From contig JAZNLR010000018.1 in the NCBI GenBank assembly GCA_045579195.1, positions 1-44,440 of the forward strand: a stretch of 44,440 nucleotides of DNA. Direction: 5' to 3'. Under the pieces are notes generated by a model. The model was not told the origin of the DNA. It did not search any database and was given only the letters and a program-made list of their open reading frames with translations. Position numbers and translations under genes: made by a program. Source of the stretch: Clostridia bacterium. Lineage in GTDB: Bacteria; Bacillota; Clostridia; Christensenellales; CAMQZB01. Positions 28,632 through 37,644 of the stretch are shown here, one piece after another (the stretch's first letter is position 1; the number at the start of each line of letters is the position of its first letter).

Positions 28632-29645
28632 ATGATTATCGTATTCAAAAAAGGTGCAAAGAAGGAAAATGTTGAAAGCTTAAAGGCGCGCGTCGAGGGG
28701 CTTGGCCTTTCGGTGCACGAATCACACGGTGAGGAAACCCTGCTTTGGGGACTCATCGGTGACACGAGCACTGTCAACGTCGATCAGCTCGTCGCAAACG
28801 ACGCTGTTGAAACCGTCAAGCGCATTCAAGAGCCGTATAAACAGGCAAATCGCAACTTTCACCCGACCGATTCGGTCATTTCCGTGGGAGGAAAGAAGAT
28901 CGGCGGCGGACACTTCCAAGTTATCGCAGGGCCTTGCTCCATTGAGAATGCGGATCAAATGAACGAGGTCGCCGCTTCCGTGCAGAAGAGCGGAGCGGGA
29001 CTTCTTCGCGGCGGTGCGTTCAAACCGCGCACCTCGCCGTACGCTTTTCAGGGCTTGCACGACGAGGGATTGAAGCTCCTTCTCGGCGCAAAGGAAAAGA
29101 GCGGACTTCCCATCGTCACCGAGCTGATGTCGCCGGAGCATATTGACCTCTTTGAAAACGTCGACCTCATCCAGATCGGAACGCGCAATATGCAGAACTT
29201 TGAGCTTCTCAAGGCGGTCGGCAGGCTCAAGACCCCCGTTCTTCTCAAGCGTGGAATGTCCAACACCATCGACGAATGGCTGATGAGCGCGGAGTACATC
29301 ATGGCGGGCGGCAACGAGAACGTCATCCTCTGTGAGCGCGGCATCCGAACGTTCGAAACGGCGTACCGCAACACGTTGGATCTCTCCTCCATTCCGATGC
29401 TCAAGAAGAAGACGCACCTTCCTGTCATTGTTGACCCGTCCCACGCGGCTGGGATCCGCTGGATGGTCGAACCCCTTTCGATGGCGGCGATCGCGGCCGG
29501 AGCAGACGGCTTGATGATTGAGGTTCACAATCATCCCGAGTGCGCGCTCTGTGACGGACCGCAGTCCTTGACGCCTGACGGGTTCGATCAGCTGATGAAG
29601 AAGATCAGAAAAACTGCAACCTTCTTCGGAAAGGAAGTGGAGTAA
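28632..29645 (+). CDS. aroF: 3-deoxy-7-phosphoheptulonate (DAHP) synthase, type I-beta with N-terminal ACT-like domain
   Basis: IAGPCSIE, GAFKPRTSPYAFQG, QIGTRNMQNF, CERGIRTFE, DPSH; SD AGGAG. Confidence 0.95.
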   Translation: MIIVFKKGAKKENVESLKARVEGLGLSVHESHGEETLLWGLIGDTSTVNVDQLVANDAVETVKRIQEPYKQANRNFHPTDSVISVGGKKIGGGHFQVIAGPCSIENADQMNEVAASVQKSGAGLLRGGAFKPRTSPYAFQGLHDEGLKLLLGAKEKSGLPIVTELMSPEHIDLFENVDLIQIGTRNMQNFELLKAVGRLKTPVLLKRGMSNTIDEWLMSAEYIMAGGNENVILCERGIRTFETAYRNTLDLSSIPMLKKKTHLPVIVDPSHAAGIRWMVEPLSMAAIAAGADGLMIEVHNHPECALCDGPQSLTPDGFDQLMKKIRKTATFFGKEVE

Positions 29646-29731
29646 CAGGGAATCGGGAGTTCTTTTTTAGCAACAATTTCACAGAATTTTACAACATTAT
29701 ACAATGGAATTGACAACATTCCTATGGTAAA

Positions 29732-31012
29732 ATGAAGTTGAAAAACTTGAAACTCGAAGGAATAAGCGAGAAAAAGGAGGCTCTTTTGAAAAAAGATTGG
29801 GAACGGTTGCGTTTTCTTGCAAACAAAAAGAGGGAGCTGGCAAACTCGAAACGAAATGAAGAAATCCTGGAGATGTGGAGGGCGCAAGCGCGCGGCGAAA
29901 GAGCGACCCCCACGGTGCGCTTGCTCTTTTCCAACTTTCCTGACGAGGTCATCGACGCACGGCTTTGCTGTGAGGGAAAGGAGGAGCGCAAGTTGGAGGC
30001 AAGATTGCTGTCTTCCATGGTCGGGCGAGAGCTGTTTGACGATGACACACCCCTTTCCGAAAACTTGGAGATCGGACTTTTTACGCGAGTTTCCCCGTTT
30101 GGTGCGCTTGCAAAGACAACGGCTGCAGCGAATTCCAAAGGATTTCACATTGATCCGCTGACGGATGACATTGAAGCGGACTTCCACCTCTTTTGCGACG
30201 GATCGTTTTCAATCCTCCGAAAGGAAACGGAGGAGTACTGTACGTGGGCAAACGAGATCATCGGAGACATTCTCCCGGCGAAGATTGTCGGAAACTCTCT
30301 TCCCGGCGCGATCACGAATCCGCTTGTTTTCTTGATCGGAATGGAGAATTACTATCTCGCGATGTACGATGCGCCCGAAACGTTGCACAAGATCATGGAG
30401 ATGGCAACAAAGGTCTATCTTTCGTATTACGACACTTTGGAGCGGGAAAACCTGCTTTTGCCGACGAATGAATTTAGCGGAGTCGCACAAGAGTCCTTTG
30501 CGTTCACGGAGGAGTTGCCAAAAGAAGGCCCGACCCTCTCGACAAAACAAGTTTGGGGCTTCTTGGAATCACAGGAGACGACGGCGGTTTCTCCGGAAAT
30601 GTACGGGGAGTTTGTCTATCCCTATCTGGATCAAATGGTTGCGCGCTTCGGGCTTTTGTCATACGGCTGCTGCGAGCGCGTGGACGCGCTTTGGGAAGAT
30701 TATCTTTCCAAGTGGAAAAACTTAAGAAAGCTTTCCGTGTCACCCTTCAACGACGAGCGGAAAATCGGTGAGTTTTTGCGCGGGACAAACGTGGTGTATT
30801 ACAGCAAGCCGCGCGCAGAGTTCGTGACCAACCCGGGCCCCTTGGATGAAGATGCGCTCAAAAAGTACTTCCGCACGGTGGCGGAAAATGCGAGCGGATG
30901 TCTGCTTGAGGTCGCACAGCGTGAGGTGGGAACGATCTTTGGAGATTTTGAACGCGGCAGGAAGTATGTCGAGATCGCCAAGCAGACGATCGACACGTTC
31001 TGGAAGCCGTAA
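29732..31012 (+). CDS. Hypothetical protein, uroporphyrinogen-decarboxylase/MtaA-like barrel
   Basis: GMENYYLAMYDAPE, VSPEMYGEFVYPY, YGCCE, SVSPF motifs. Confidence 0.55.
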   Translation: MKLKNLKLEGISEKKEALLKKDWERLRFLANKKRELANSKRNEEILEMWRAQARGERATPTVRLLFSNFPDEVIDARLCCEGKEERKLEARLLSSMVGRELFDDDTPLSENLEIGLFTRVSPFGALAKTTAAANSKGFHIDPLTDDIEADFHLFCDGSFSILRKETEEYCTWANEIIGDILPAKIVGNSLPGAITNPLVFLIGMENYYLAMYDAPETLHKIMEMATKVYLSYYDTLERENLLLPTNEFSGVAQESFAFTEELPKEGPTLSTKQVWGFLESQETTAVSPEMYGEFVYPYLDQMVARFGLLSYGCCERVDALWEDYLSKWKNLRKLSVSPFNDERKIGEFLRGTNVVYYSKPRAEFVTNPGPLDEDALKKYFRTVAENASGCLLEVAQREVGTIFGDFERGRKYVEIAKQTIDTFWKP

Positions 31013-31026
31013 AAATAGGAGGGAAT

Positions 31027-31461
31027 ATGCAAAAACTGTCTTTGAAAAAGTATCGCAATATGGCCTTGAAGTATTTCGCGGCTGCCGCATTTATTGAGTT
31101 GTTCGGCATCTTTTCGGGGATGCTGGAAGGGCTGGAGATCGAGCTTTCGTTGATCATTGCAACCGTCATCTGCGTGATCTTTCTCGTGATTCCCGGCTTT
31201 GTTTGGCTCGGGTTGTTCTTTTCATACCGCAAAAAGAGCGCGAACGTTGAGCCGAGAGTGGGATACATCAAAAATTGGGAGGCGACGAGAAGGATGGGCA
31301 AGGTCGTGATGATCGTTGACGGCAAGGAGGTCGCAACCCCGGCATATTTTTCGCACAGCGAGGCAAAAGAACTTGTGGGAAAGACGGTGGAATTTGCTGT
31401 CTTTGAAGACGTTTTGTTCCTCTTCGGCGAAGCGGGAGAAAATAACTTCCTTGCGGAATAA
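31027..31461 (+). CDS. Hypothetical membrane protein (2 TM)
   Basis: SD AGGAGG, two hydrophobic segments, followed by a terminator. Confidence 0.7.
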   Translation: MQKLSLKKYRNMALKYFAAAAFIELFGIFSGMLEGLEIELSLIIATVICVIFLVIPGFVWLGLFFSYRKKSANVEPRVGYIKNWEATRRMGKVVMIVDGKEVATPAYFSHSEAKELVGKTVEFAVFEDVLFLFGEAGENNFLAE

Positions 31462-31475
31462 AAGAATAAAGATCA

Positions 31476-31518
31476 AAAAAAGATCCCCGACAAACTGCTG
31501 TCTGTCGGGGATCTTTTT
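31476..31518. terminator. Bidirectional terminator
   Basis: AAAAAGATCCCCGACA...TGTCGGGGATCTTTTT. Confidence 0.8.
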
Positions 31519-31523
31519 GCGTC

Positions 31524-31670
31524 TTAGAGGTCGTCTGCATCCTGCGTGGGACGGTCTTTTCCGGAAGCTCTTCCGGTATAGCTGCCCATCGGGTCGCTCT
31601 TGCTTCGTTTTGAAGCTTCCTTGACGGTCTCCTTGACGCGCTTTCTTTCGTTTACGTTCTTTTTTGCCAT
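31524..31670 (-). CDS. Small 48-aa protein MAKKNVNERKRVKETVKEASKRSKSDPMGSYTGRASGKDRPTQDADDL (not in the ORF track)
   Basis: Manual translation; SD AAGGAG; own promoter candidate and downstream terminator. Confidence 0.75.
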   Translation of the reverse strand: MAKKNVNERKRVKETVKEASKRSKSDPMGSYTGRASGKDRPTQDADDL

Positions 31671-31706
31671 CTTCTTTTCTCCTTGCCGCAAGAGGTGCGG
31701 CAGTCA

Positions 31707-31737
31707 TAGTATGGCACGAGATTCGAAAAAAGATACG
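31707..31737 (-). promoter_or_regulatory. sigmaG-like (forespore) promoter candidate
   Basis: Minus strand CGTATC-18 nt-CATACTA. Confidence 0.5.
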
Positions 31738-31787
31738 AAAAAAGCCCGACCTTTTTGAAAGTCGGGCAGTTTGTCGTGTTTTGAAGG

Positions 31788-32858
31788 TTAATCGCCGAAG
31801 CAAATCCCCATGTCGCGCGCAACGGCAACCATCTGGTTGTCCTTCTCGACGAGCTTGGTCTTGCCGGCAACTTCGGAGAGGGGGTTGTGCGTGATCTTGT
31901 TGTTGACCTTTGCAACCGTCGTTCCAAATTCGCCGCGCTTGATGAGGCCTGCCGCGTAAACGCCGAACTGCGTGGAGAGAACGCGGTCGTATGCCGACGG
32001 GCTTCCGCCGCGCTGAATGTGACCGGGAACGACCATACGCGCCTCAATGCCCGTTTCCTCTTGGATGGTGCGGGTGATGAGGGAAGTGAGCGTGCCGATG
32101 CCCTTTTCCTGACGGAGCGCCGCACGTTCTTTCTTCTTCATTGCCGCCTCCTCCTTGGTCATTGCTCCCTCTGCAACCGCGAGGATGGAGAACGCCTTGC
32201 TCTTCTTTTCACGCGCCTCGACGGCCTTGATGATGTTTTCCATCTCGAATGGGATCTCGGGAAGGATGATCGCATCTGCGCCGCCCGCCATGCCTGCATA
32301 GAGGGTCAGCCAACCTGCCTTGTTGCCCATGATCTCCGCAACGATGACGCGACCGTGGCTTGCGGCGGTGGTGTGGAGGCGGTCAAGACAGTCGGTTGCG
32401 ATGTCCACAGCGGAATGGAAACCGAAGGTGACGTCCGTCCCCCAGATGTCGTTGTCGATGGTCTTGGGAAGGCCGATGACGTTGAGCCCCTCTTCGGAGA
32501 GAAGGCCGGCCGTCTTATGCGTTCCGTTGCCGCCCAGCGTGAGCAAGCAGTCAAGCTTCATCTTCTTATAGTTCTCTTTCATCCGCGCAACCTTGTCCAC
32601 GTTGTCCTCTTCGACGACGCGCATCTTCTTGAACGGACGGCGAGAAGTTCCGAGAATGGTTCCGCCCAGCGTGAGGATGCCGGAAAACTCCGATTTCTTC
32701 ATCTCACGCCATTCGCCGTCGATCAGGCCGGCATATCCGTCCTGAATGCCGACGATCTCAACGTTTTTCATCATTTCGAACGACGCCTTTGCAACGCCGC
32801 GAATGACCGCGTTCAGGCCGGGGCAATCTCCGCCACTCGTTAAAATACCGATTCTCAT
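31788..32858 (-). CDS. 6-phosphofructokinase, atypical (GGNG/PKTIDND) type
   Basis: TSGGDCPG, GGTILGTSR, GGNGT, LPKTIDND, EIMG, GHIQRGG. Confidence 0.9.
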   Translation of the reverse strand: MRIGILTSGGDCPGLNAVIRGVAKASFEMMKNVEIVGIQDGYAGLIDGEWREMKKSEFSGILTLGGTILGTSRRPFKKMRVVEEDNVDKVARMKENYKKMKLDCLLTLGGNGTHKTAGLLSEEGLNVIGLPKTIDNDIWGTDVTFGFHSAVDIATDCLDRLHTTAASHGRVIVAEIMGNKAGWLTLYAGMAGGADAIILPEIPFEMENIIKAVEAREKKSKAFSILAVAEGAMTKEEAAMKKKERAALRQEKGIGTLTSLITRTIQEETGIEARMVVPGHIQRGGSPSAYDRVLSTQFGVYAAGLIKRGEFGTTVAKVNNKITHNPLSEVAGKTKLVEKDNQMVAVARDMGICFGD

Positions 32859-32960
32859 TGTTGAACCTCCGCGAAATTATTTTTCTTTTTTCTTCATTTT
32901 AACACGATTTTTCCCGAGTTTCAAGTGTTCTACCCCAAAAAGAAGGTCAAAAGTGCAAAG

Positions 32961-32986
32961 AAAAAGGCGGCAAACGCCGCCCTTTT
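32961..32986 (-). terminator. Intrinsic terminator after the hydrolase gene
   Basis: AAAAAGGCGGC-AAAC-GCCGCCCTTTT. Confidence 0.65.
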
Positions 32987-33006
32987 GTTGTTTTATACAA
33001 TTTTGA

Positions 33007-33753
33007 TCACTTCAGCATCGGGAATTTACCGAAGACGACGTGCAAGAAGTCCTTGCAGAGCGGCATCCACTTTGCAAAATTCTCGTTGAGAAGCCAGGGC
33101 TCTCCCTTGCCGGTGACGTCGTTGGAAAGCGCAAGGCCATGAATTCCTTTCAAGAAGATATGCACTTCGCAAGGGCGCTTGTGCGCGTCCATCGCGTTTG
33201 CGAACGCAAGGGAATGCTCGATGGGAACGAGGTTGTCTTCCCACGTCGAAGCGATGAATGCAGGCGGCGTGTTTTCGTCCACCGCGGCAGCGACGTCGGG
33301 GATGGGATGCGCGAGAATGGGGCTGATGGAAGGGAGCGTGCAGGGGTAAACGAGCAACAGTGCGTTTGCCCGTTCGGTTGCAAGCGTTCCAAGCGCCGCG
33401 CAGAGATGACCGCCTGCGGAGAAGCCGATTGCGGCGATCTTGTCGGGGATGACCCCCCAATCCTCTGCGTTTTCGCGGATCAGGCGAAGGCAGGCCTCTG
33501 CCTCGTCAAGCGGACGGGGGAAGAGGGAATCTTCCTTCACGGAGTAATGCAAGACGAACGCGTGATACCCCATGGCAAGAAACTCCATTGCGATGGGCTC
33601 TGCTTCGCGTTCGGACGTGCGATGGTATCCGCCGCCCGGCAGGATGAGAACGGCAGGGCGAACCTTGGCGTTCGGCATCTCGTCGTGTGCGTCGAGAATG
33701 TATCCCAACAGGCGCGCGTTCTTTTCACCGATGTGTTTTTCAAAAAATCTCAT
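33007..33753 (-). CDS. Alpha/beta hydrolase (esterase/lipase-like)
   Basis: PGGGY, GFSAGG nucleophile, D (WEDNLV) and H (GIHG); start at MRFF after SD GAGG. Confidence 0.88.
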   Translation of the reverse strand: MRFFEKHIGEKNARLLGYILDAHDEMPNAKVRPAVLILPGGGYHRTSEREAEPIAMEFLAMGYHAFVLHYSVKEDSLFPRPLDEAEACLRLIRENAEDWGVIPDKIAAIGFSAGGHLCAALGTLATERANALLLVYPCTLPSISPILAHPIPDVAAAVDENTPPAFIASTWEDNLVPIEHSLAFANAMDAHKRPCEVHIFLKGIHGLALSNDVTGKGEPWLLNENFAKWMPLCKDFLHVVFGKFPMLK

Positions 33754-33905
33754 ATTGCTTTCCTCTTTTTTCAAAACTGCTCGTGTTTGTCGGGCGTTGC
33801 CTTCAGTTTACATCAAATTATTCAAAGAATCAAGAGTTTTTCAAAAAATTTGCAAATCGTGATGAATCGGGGGAAAGTCGAATATACTAACCGAAAGGAG
33901 GGGAT

Positions 33906-34931
33906 ATGGACGGGAAAAAGTTTACGCTGAAAAACGGGATCGCACTTCTTCTGCTTTTCTTGAGTGTGCTTCTTTTGCCCCTTGCCTTTTCGGGTGGATT
34001 TTCGGAGTTTCCAAGCGTGAAAAACGACGTGCGCGTTCTGGAGCTTTGGAGCGTGGACACCTTCGAGGGAGGAAAGAATTCGCGCGCGGATTTTCTGAAG
34101 CGATGCGGCATGCTCTTTTCAGAGCGCGGCGGGGAGCGCATTCTCGTTCGGAGCATGACGAAGGAGCAGTTTTTGCTCAACTTTGAAAGCGCGCGCCCCG
34201 ACCTTATCTCCTTCGGCGCAGGGATCGCGGAAGAGCTTTCGGATTTTCTCCTCCCTTACGGCGGCGCGGTGAACGTTCGGGATGCGTTTGTTGAGAGCGG
34301 AAGGAAAAACGGCGTTCTTCTCGCGCTTCCCTGGTGCACGGGGGGATACGGGACGGTGGAGCGGAGCGAAAAGAAAAGAGGAGGCGTTCTCGTCGGTCAG
34401 GCAGAGGGGCATCTTCCCCTTTGCGCGGCGTACTTTTCGGGATGCGCGGCGTTGAGCGGTGGTTTTGAAGTGCTTTCTCAGTTCGACGCGTACGAAGGGT
34501 TTCTTTGCGGCGAGGGGGACGTCCTCTTTGGAAGCCAGAGGGATTTCATTCGCATTTCGGAGCGCGTTGCGCGCGGCACGTTTTCTGCGCCCACCTATGC
34601 GCCGCTTGCGGGATATACGGACCTTGTCTGCTATCTCGGCGTGTTGGCAAACGAGGAAGGGACGAAAGGCGCGGAAAAGTTCCTTGCGTTCGTCACGTCA
34701 GACGAGTGTCAGCGCGAGCTATACCGCATCGGAATGTTTCCCGTTGCGGATGGACTTTCCGTCTATACACAGTCTCCGCTTGCCGAGATGGAGCGCGCGT
34801 TAGCAAGACCCGTTCTCGTGCCTTCCGTCTTTCTTCCGAAAGAGGAGCGGCAAGCGCTTGCAAGAGCGGCGCAAAATGCCTTGCGCGGAGAGGAAAATGC
34901 ACGGAAGTTTTTGGACAATTTCGTGTGGTAA
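33906..34931 (+). CDS. Membrane-anchored protein, possible solute-binding fold
   Basis: SD AGGAGG, N-terminal TM, ALPWCTGGY and AEKFLAFVTSDECQ resemble family-1 SBP segments. Confidence 0.5.
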   Translation: MDGKKFTLKNGIALLLLFLSVLLLPLAFSGGFSEFPSVKNDVRVLELWSVDTFEGGKNSRADFLKRCGMLFSERGGERILVRSMTKEQFLLNFESARPDLISFGAGIAEELSDFLLPYGGAVNVRDAFVESGRKNGVLLALPWCTGGYGTVERSEKKRGGVLVGQAEGHLPLCAAYFSGCAALSGGFEVLSQFDAYEGFLCGEGDVLFGSQRDFIRISERVARGTFSAPTYAPLAGYTDLVCYLGVLANEEGTKGAEKFLAFVTSDECQRELYRIGMFPVADGLSVYTQSPLAEMERALARPVLVPSVFLPKEERQALARAAQNALRGEENARKFLDNFVW

Positions 34932-34978
34932 CAGTTGAATTATTGAGCGCAATGTTGTAAAATAAAAGGAGGAAAAGA

Positions 34979-35884
34979 ATGGATCGGTTGGATATTGCGG
35001 CACACAAGCTTTGGGAGTTTCTTCCCTTTTCGCGGTGTCTGCGATCGGAACCCATGAGCAAGCACACGACCTTCCGCATTGGAGGCGCGTGCGACCTGTT
35101 CACACAGCCCGCCACCTTTGAGGAGATCGAACAGATCTTCGCCGCGGCGGAATTCTTCTCCCTGCCCCTTTTCGTGATGGGGCAAGGGTCGAATGTTCTC
35201 GTTCCCGACGAGGGGCTTTCGGGCATCGTTCTCTGTCTGTCAGATGCGTTTTCTGCCATCCGAATGGATGGGGAGAGCGTCTTTGCGGAAGCAGGGGCAA
35301 GGCTTGCGAGCCTGTGTTCCGCCGCCGCACAGAACGGTCTTTCGGGCTTAGAGGAGCTCGGTGGCATCCCCGGGCGGTTGGGCGGCGCACTTCGGATGAA
35401 CGCAGGTGCGTTCGGAACGTGCATTGGGGACGTGGTTGAGAGCGTGACCGTGCTTCGCGAAGGCAAGACGCAGGAGCTTTCCAGGGAGGCTTGCTCGTTT
35501 TCTTACCGCTCGACGGGCTTTTTGAAGAGCGACGTCATCTTGGGCGCGCGCCTAAAGCTTCGAAAGGAACAAAAGGAGCGCATTGCAAGCCGCATTCGAA
35601 GCGCACAGGAAGCGCGCGTTCGGACGCAACCCCTTTCCCTTCCCTCGGCAGGAAGCGTCTTTCGGCGTGCGGAACGTCCGGCAGGGGAGCTCGTTGAAAA
35701 AGTGGGCTTGAAGGGGATGAAGATCGGAAACGCACAGATTTCCGAAAAGCACGCAAACTTTATCGTCAATTTGGGCGGCGCAACCGCAAAGGACGTCCGT
35801 GCGCTCATCGAGCTTGCGAAATTGCGCGTGTTCGAGGAGAGCGGCGTTCAACTCAAAGAAGAAATCGTTTTGCTGGGCGGATAG
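34979..35884 (+). CDS. murB: UDP-N-acetylenolpyruvoylglucosamine reductase
   Basis: HTTFRIGG, GSNVL, GIPG..GGA..MNAGA, SAGSVF, HANFIVN. Confidence 0.96.
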   Translation: MDRLDIAAHKLWEFLPFSRCLRSEPMSKHTTFRIGGACDLFTQPATFEEIEQIFAAAEFFSLPLFVMGQGSNVLVPDEGLSGIVLCLSDAFSAIRMDGESVFAEAGARLASLCSAAAQNGLSGLEELGGIPGRLGGALRMNAGAFGTCIGDVVESVTVLREGKTQELSREACSFSYRSTGFLKSDVILGARLKLRKEQKERIASRIRSAQEARVRTQPLSLPSAGSVFRRAERPAGELVEKVGLKGMKIGNAQISEKHANFIVNLGGATAKDVRALIELAKLRVFEESGVQLKEEIVLLGG

Positions 35885-35908
35885 CGCGGCAAAAGAATCG
35901 GAGAAAGC

Positions 35909-36664
35909 ATGATTTACGGAGATTACCACACGCACACAACGTATAGCCACGGCAAAGGCAGCATCGAGGAAAACGTGCGCGCGGCGGCGGAAAAGGGATT
36001 AAAGGAGATCGCCATCACGGATCACGGCCTTGATCACCTCGCGTTTGGCTTGAAGCGCGCAAAAATTGCAGAGGTGCGCGCAACGGTTGACGCGCTCAAC
36101 AAAAGTCAGCCCGTTCGCGTTCTCTTCGGGATCGAGGCAAACGTCTTAAACGAAGAGGGTGCAATTGACGTCCGCCCCGAGGAGGTCGGGGAGTTCGACG
36201 TCATTTTGGCGGGATTTCACAAGATGGTGAAAGGACAAGCAGGCTTCATCCTTCCCAACGTGGTGCAGGGGACGTTGCAGATTCCCTTGAGCGATTCACG
36301 CATTCGCAAGAACACCGCGGCGCTCGTCCGCGCCATTCGCAAAAACCCCATTGACGTTCTTGCGCACATCAATCACGATTTGGGCGTTGACCCCGTTGAG
36401 GTTGCAAAAGCCGCCGCAGATTACGGAGTCCTTCTCGAGCTCAACGGAACGAAAAGCCACCTTTCGGACGAGCAGTTGTTCCGTATGAACGAAACGGGGG
36501 TCACCTTCCTTCTCAACTCGGACGCACACGTTCCCGAGAAGGTGGGCGAGGTGGAATTGCCGCTCGCGCAGACAAAGCGCGTCGGCATCACGAGAATTGC
36601 AAATTGGAACGCCTTCCCGACGTTTCGCGTACGGGAAGAGGCGCGCAAAGGATACAGAAGATGA
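35909..36664 (+). CDS. PHP domain phosphoesterase
   Basis: DYHTHT..SHG, ITDH, GIEAN, NSDAH. Confidence 0.9.
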   Translation: MIYGDYHTHTTYSHGKGSIEENVRAAAEKGLKEIAITDHGLDHLAFGLKRAKIAEVRATVDALNKSQPVRVLFGIEANVLNEEGAIDVRPEEVGEFDVILAGFHKMVKGQAGFILPNVVQGTLQIPLSDSRIRKNTAALVRAIRKNPIDVLAHINHDLGVDPVEVAKAAADYGVLLELNGTKSHLSDEQLFRMNETGVTFLLNSDAHVPEKVGEVELPLAQTKRVGITRIANWNAFPTFRVREEARKGYRR

Positions 36665-37626
36665 CATTTACGGCACAGATCAAAGAGGAAATCTTAAAGG
36701 CCCCGCTCGGCGGAAGCGCGTGTGAACGCGCCTTTTTGTCTGCGCTCATCCACACCGCAGGCTCGTTGAGCATCGGTGCGTTCGGGCTCGGATTTGAGAT
36801 GACGGGAGAAAATGAAGCCTTGATGCGAAAGGTCTCGGAACTTTTCGTCAAGCTGTTTGCCATCAAACCCGCGTTCGGAAGAGAGGAGAGCAATTTGCGC
36901 GGTCGATATCGCTATACCGTTTCCTGTTCGGACGCGCGCACCGGCAAGGTTTTGGAGCGCCTTGGCATTCTCCGCCGCCATGAAGACGGCATTGAGCTCA
37001 TCCGCGGCATTGACGACGAGATCATCGAGGCGGAGGGCTGTGCGGAAAGTTATATCAAGGGCATTTTCTTGGGCTCAGGCGCGGTGCTCGTTCCGTCTGC
37101 AAAGGCGAAGGGGCAGACGCGCTATCACCTCGAATTCTCCTTCTCCAGCGAGAGCCTTGCCGAGGATTTTTCTCATCTCCTTGCGCAGTTTGACTTCCTT
37201 CCGAAGATGACGGAGCGCAAGAATGCATTCGTTGTGTACTTCAAAGAGAGCGAAACCATCAGCGACTTGCTTGCGTTCTTGGGGTCGAGTGACGGAGTCT
37301 TACGGTTAAATGAGATCTATGCCGAACGGCAGATGCGAAACGTCATCAACCGACAGAGCAACTGTCAGGTGGCGAACATCGACCGGACGATGGGCGCATC
37401 CGCGCGGCAATGCGCGGCGATCGCCGTGATAGAAAGCCTCTCGGGGTTGGAAAAGCTCCCCGAAAACCTGCAGGAAATGGCACGCCTGCGCAAGGAAAAC
37501 CCGACGCTCGGAACGGAAGAGCTCGGAAAACGCACCACGCCGCCCATCGGAAAGAGCGGCGCAAACCATCGCCTACGCAAACTCGTCGAGATCGCCGAGA
37601 CATTGCGCGGCGGAAAACGGCTGTAA
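36661..37626 (+). CDS. whiA: DNA-binding protein WhiA
   Basis: MTFTAQIKEE, GIFLGSG, YHLEF, NRQSNCQVAN, KSGANHRLRK; ATGA overlap with the PHP gene stop. Confidence 0.93.
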   Translation: MTFTAQIKEEILKAPLGGSACERAFLSALIHTAGSLSIGAFGLGFEMTGENEALMRKVSELFVKLFAIKPAFGREESNLRGRYRYTVSCSDARTGKVLERLGILRRHEDGIELIRGIDDEIIEAEGCAESYIKGIFLGSGAVLVPSAKAKGQTRYHLEFSFSSESLAEDFSHLLAQFDFLPKMTERKNAFVVYFKESETISDLLAFLGSSDGVLRLNEIYAERQMRNVINRQSNCQVANIDRTMGASARQCAAIAVIESLSGLEKLPENLQEMARLRKENPTLGTEELGKRTTPPIGKSGANHRLRKLVEIAETLRGGKRL

Positions 37627-37644
37627 GACAAAGGAGGAGAGAAC

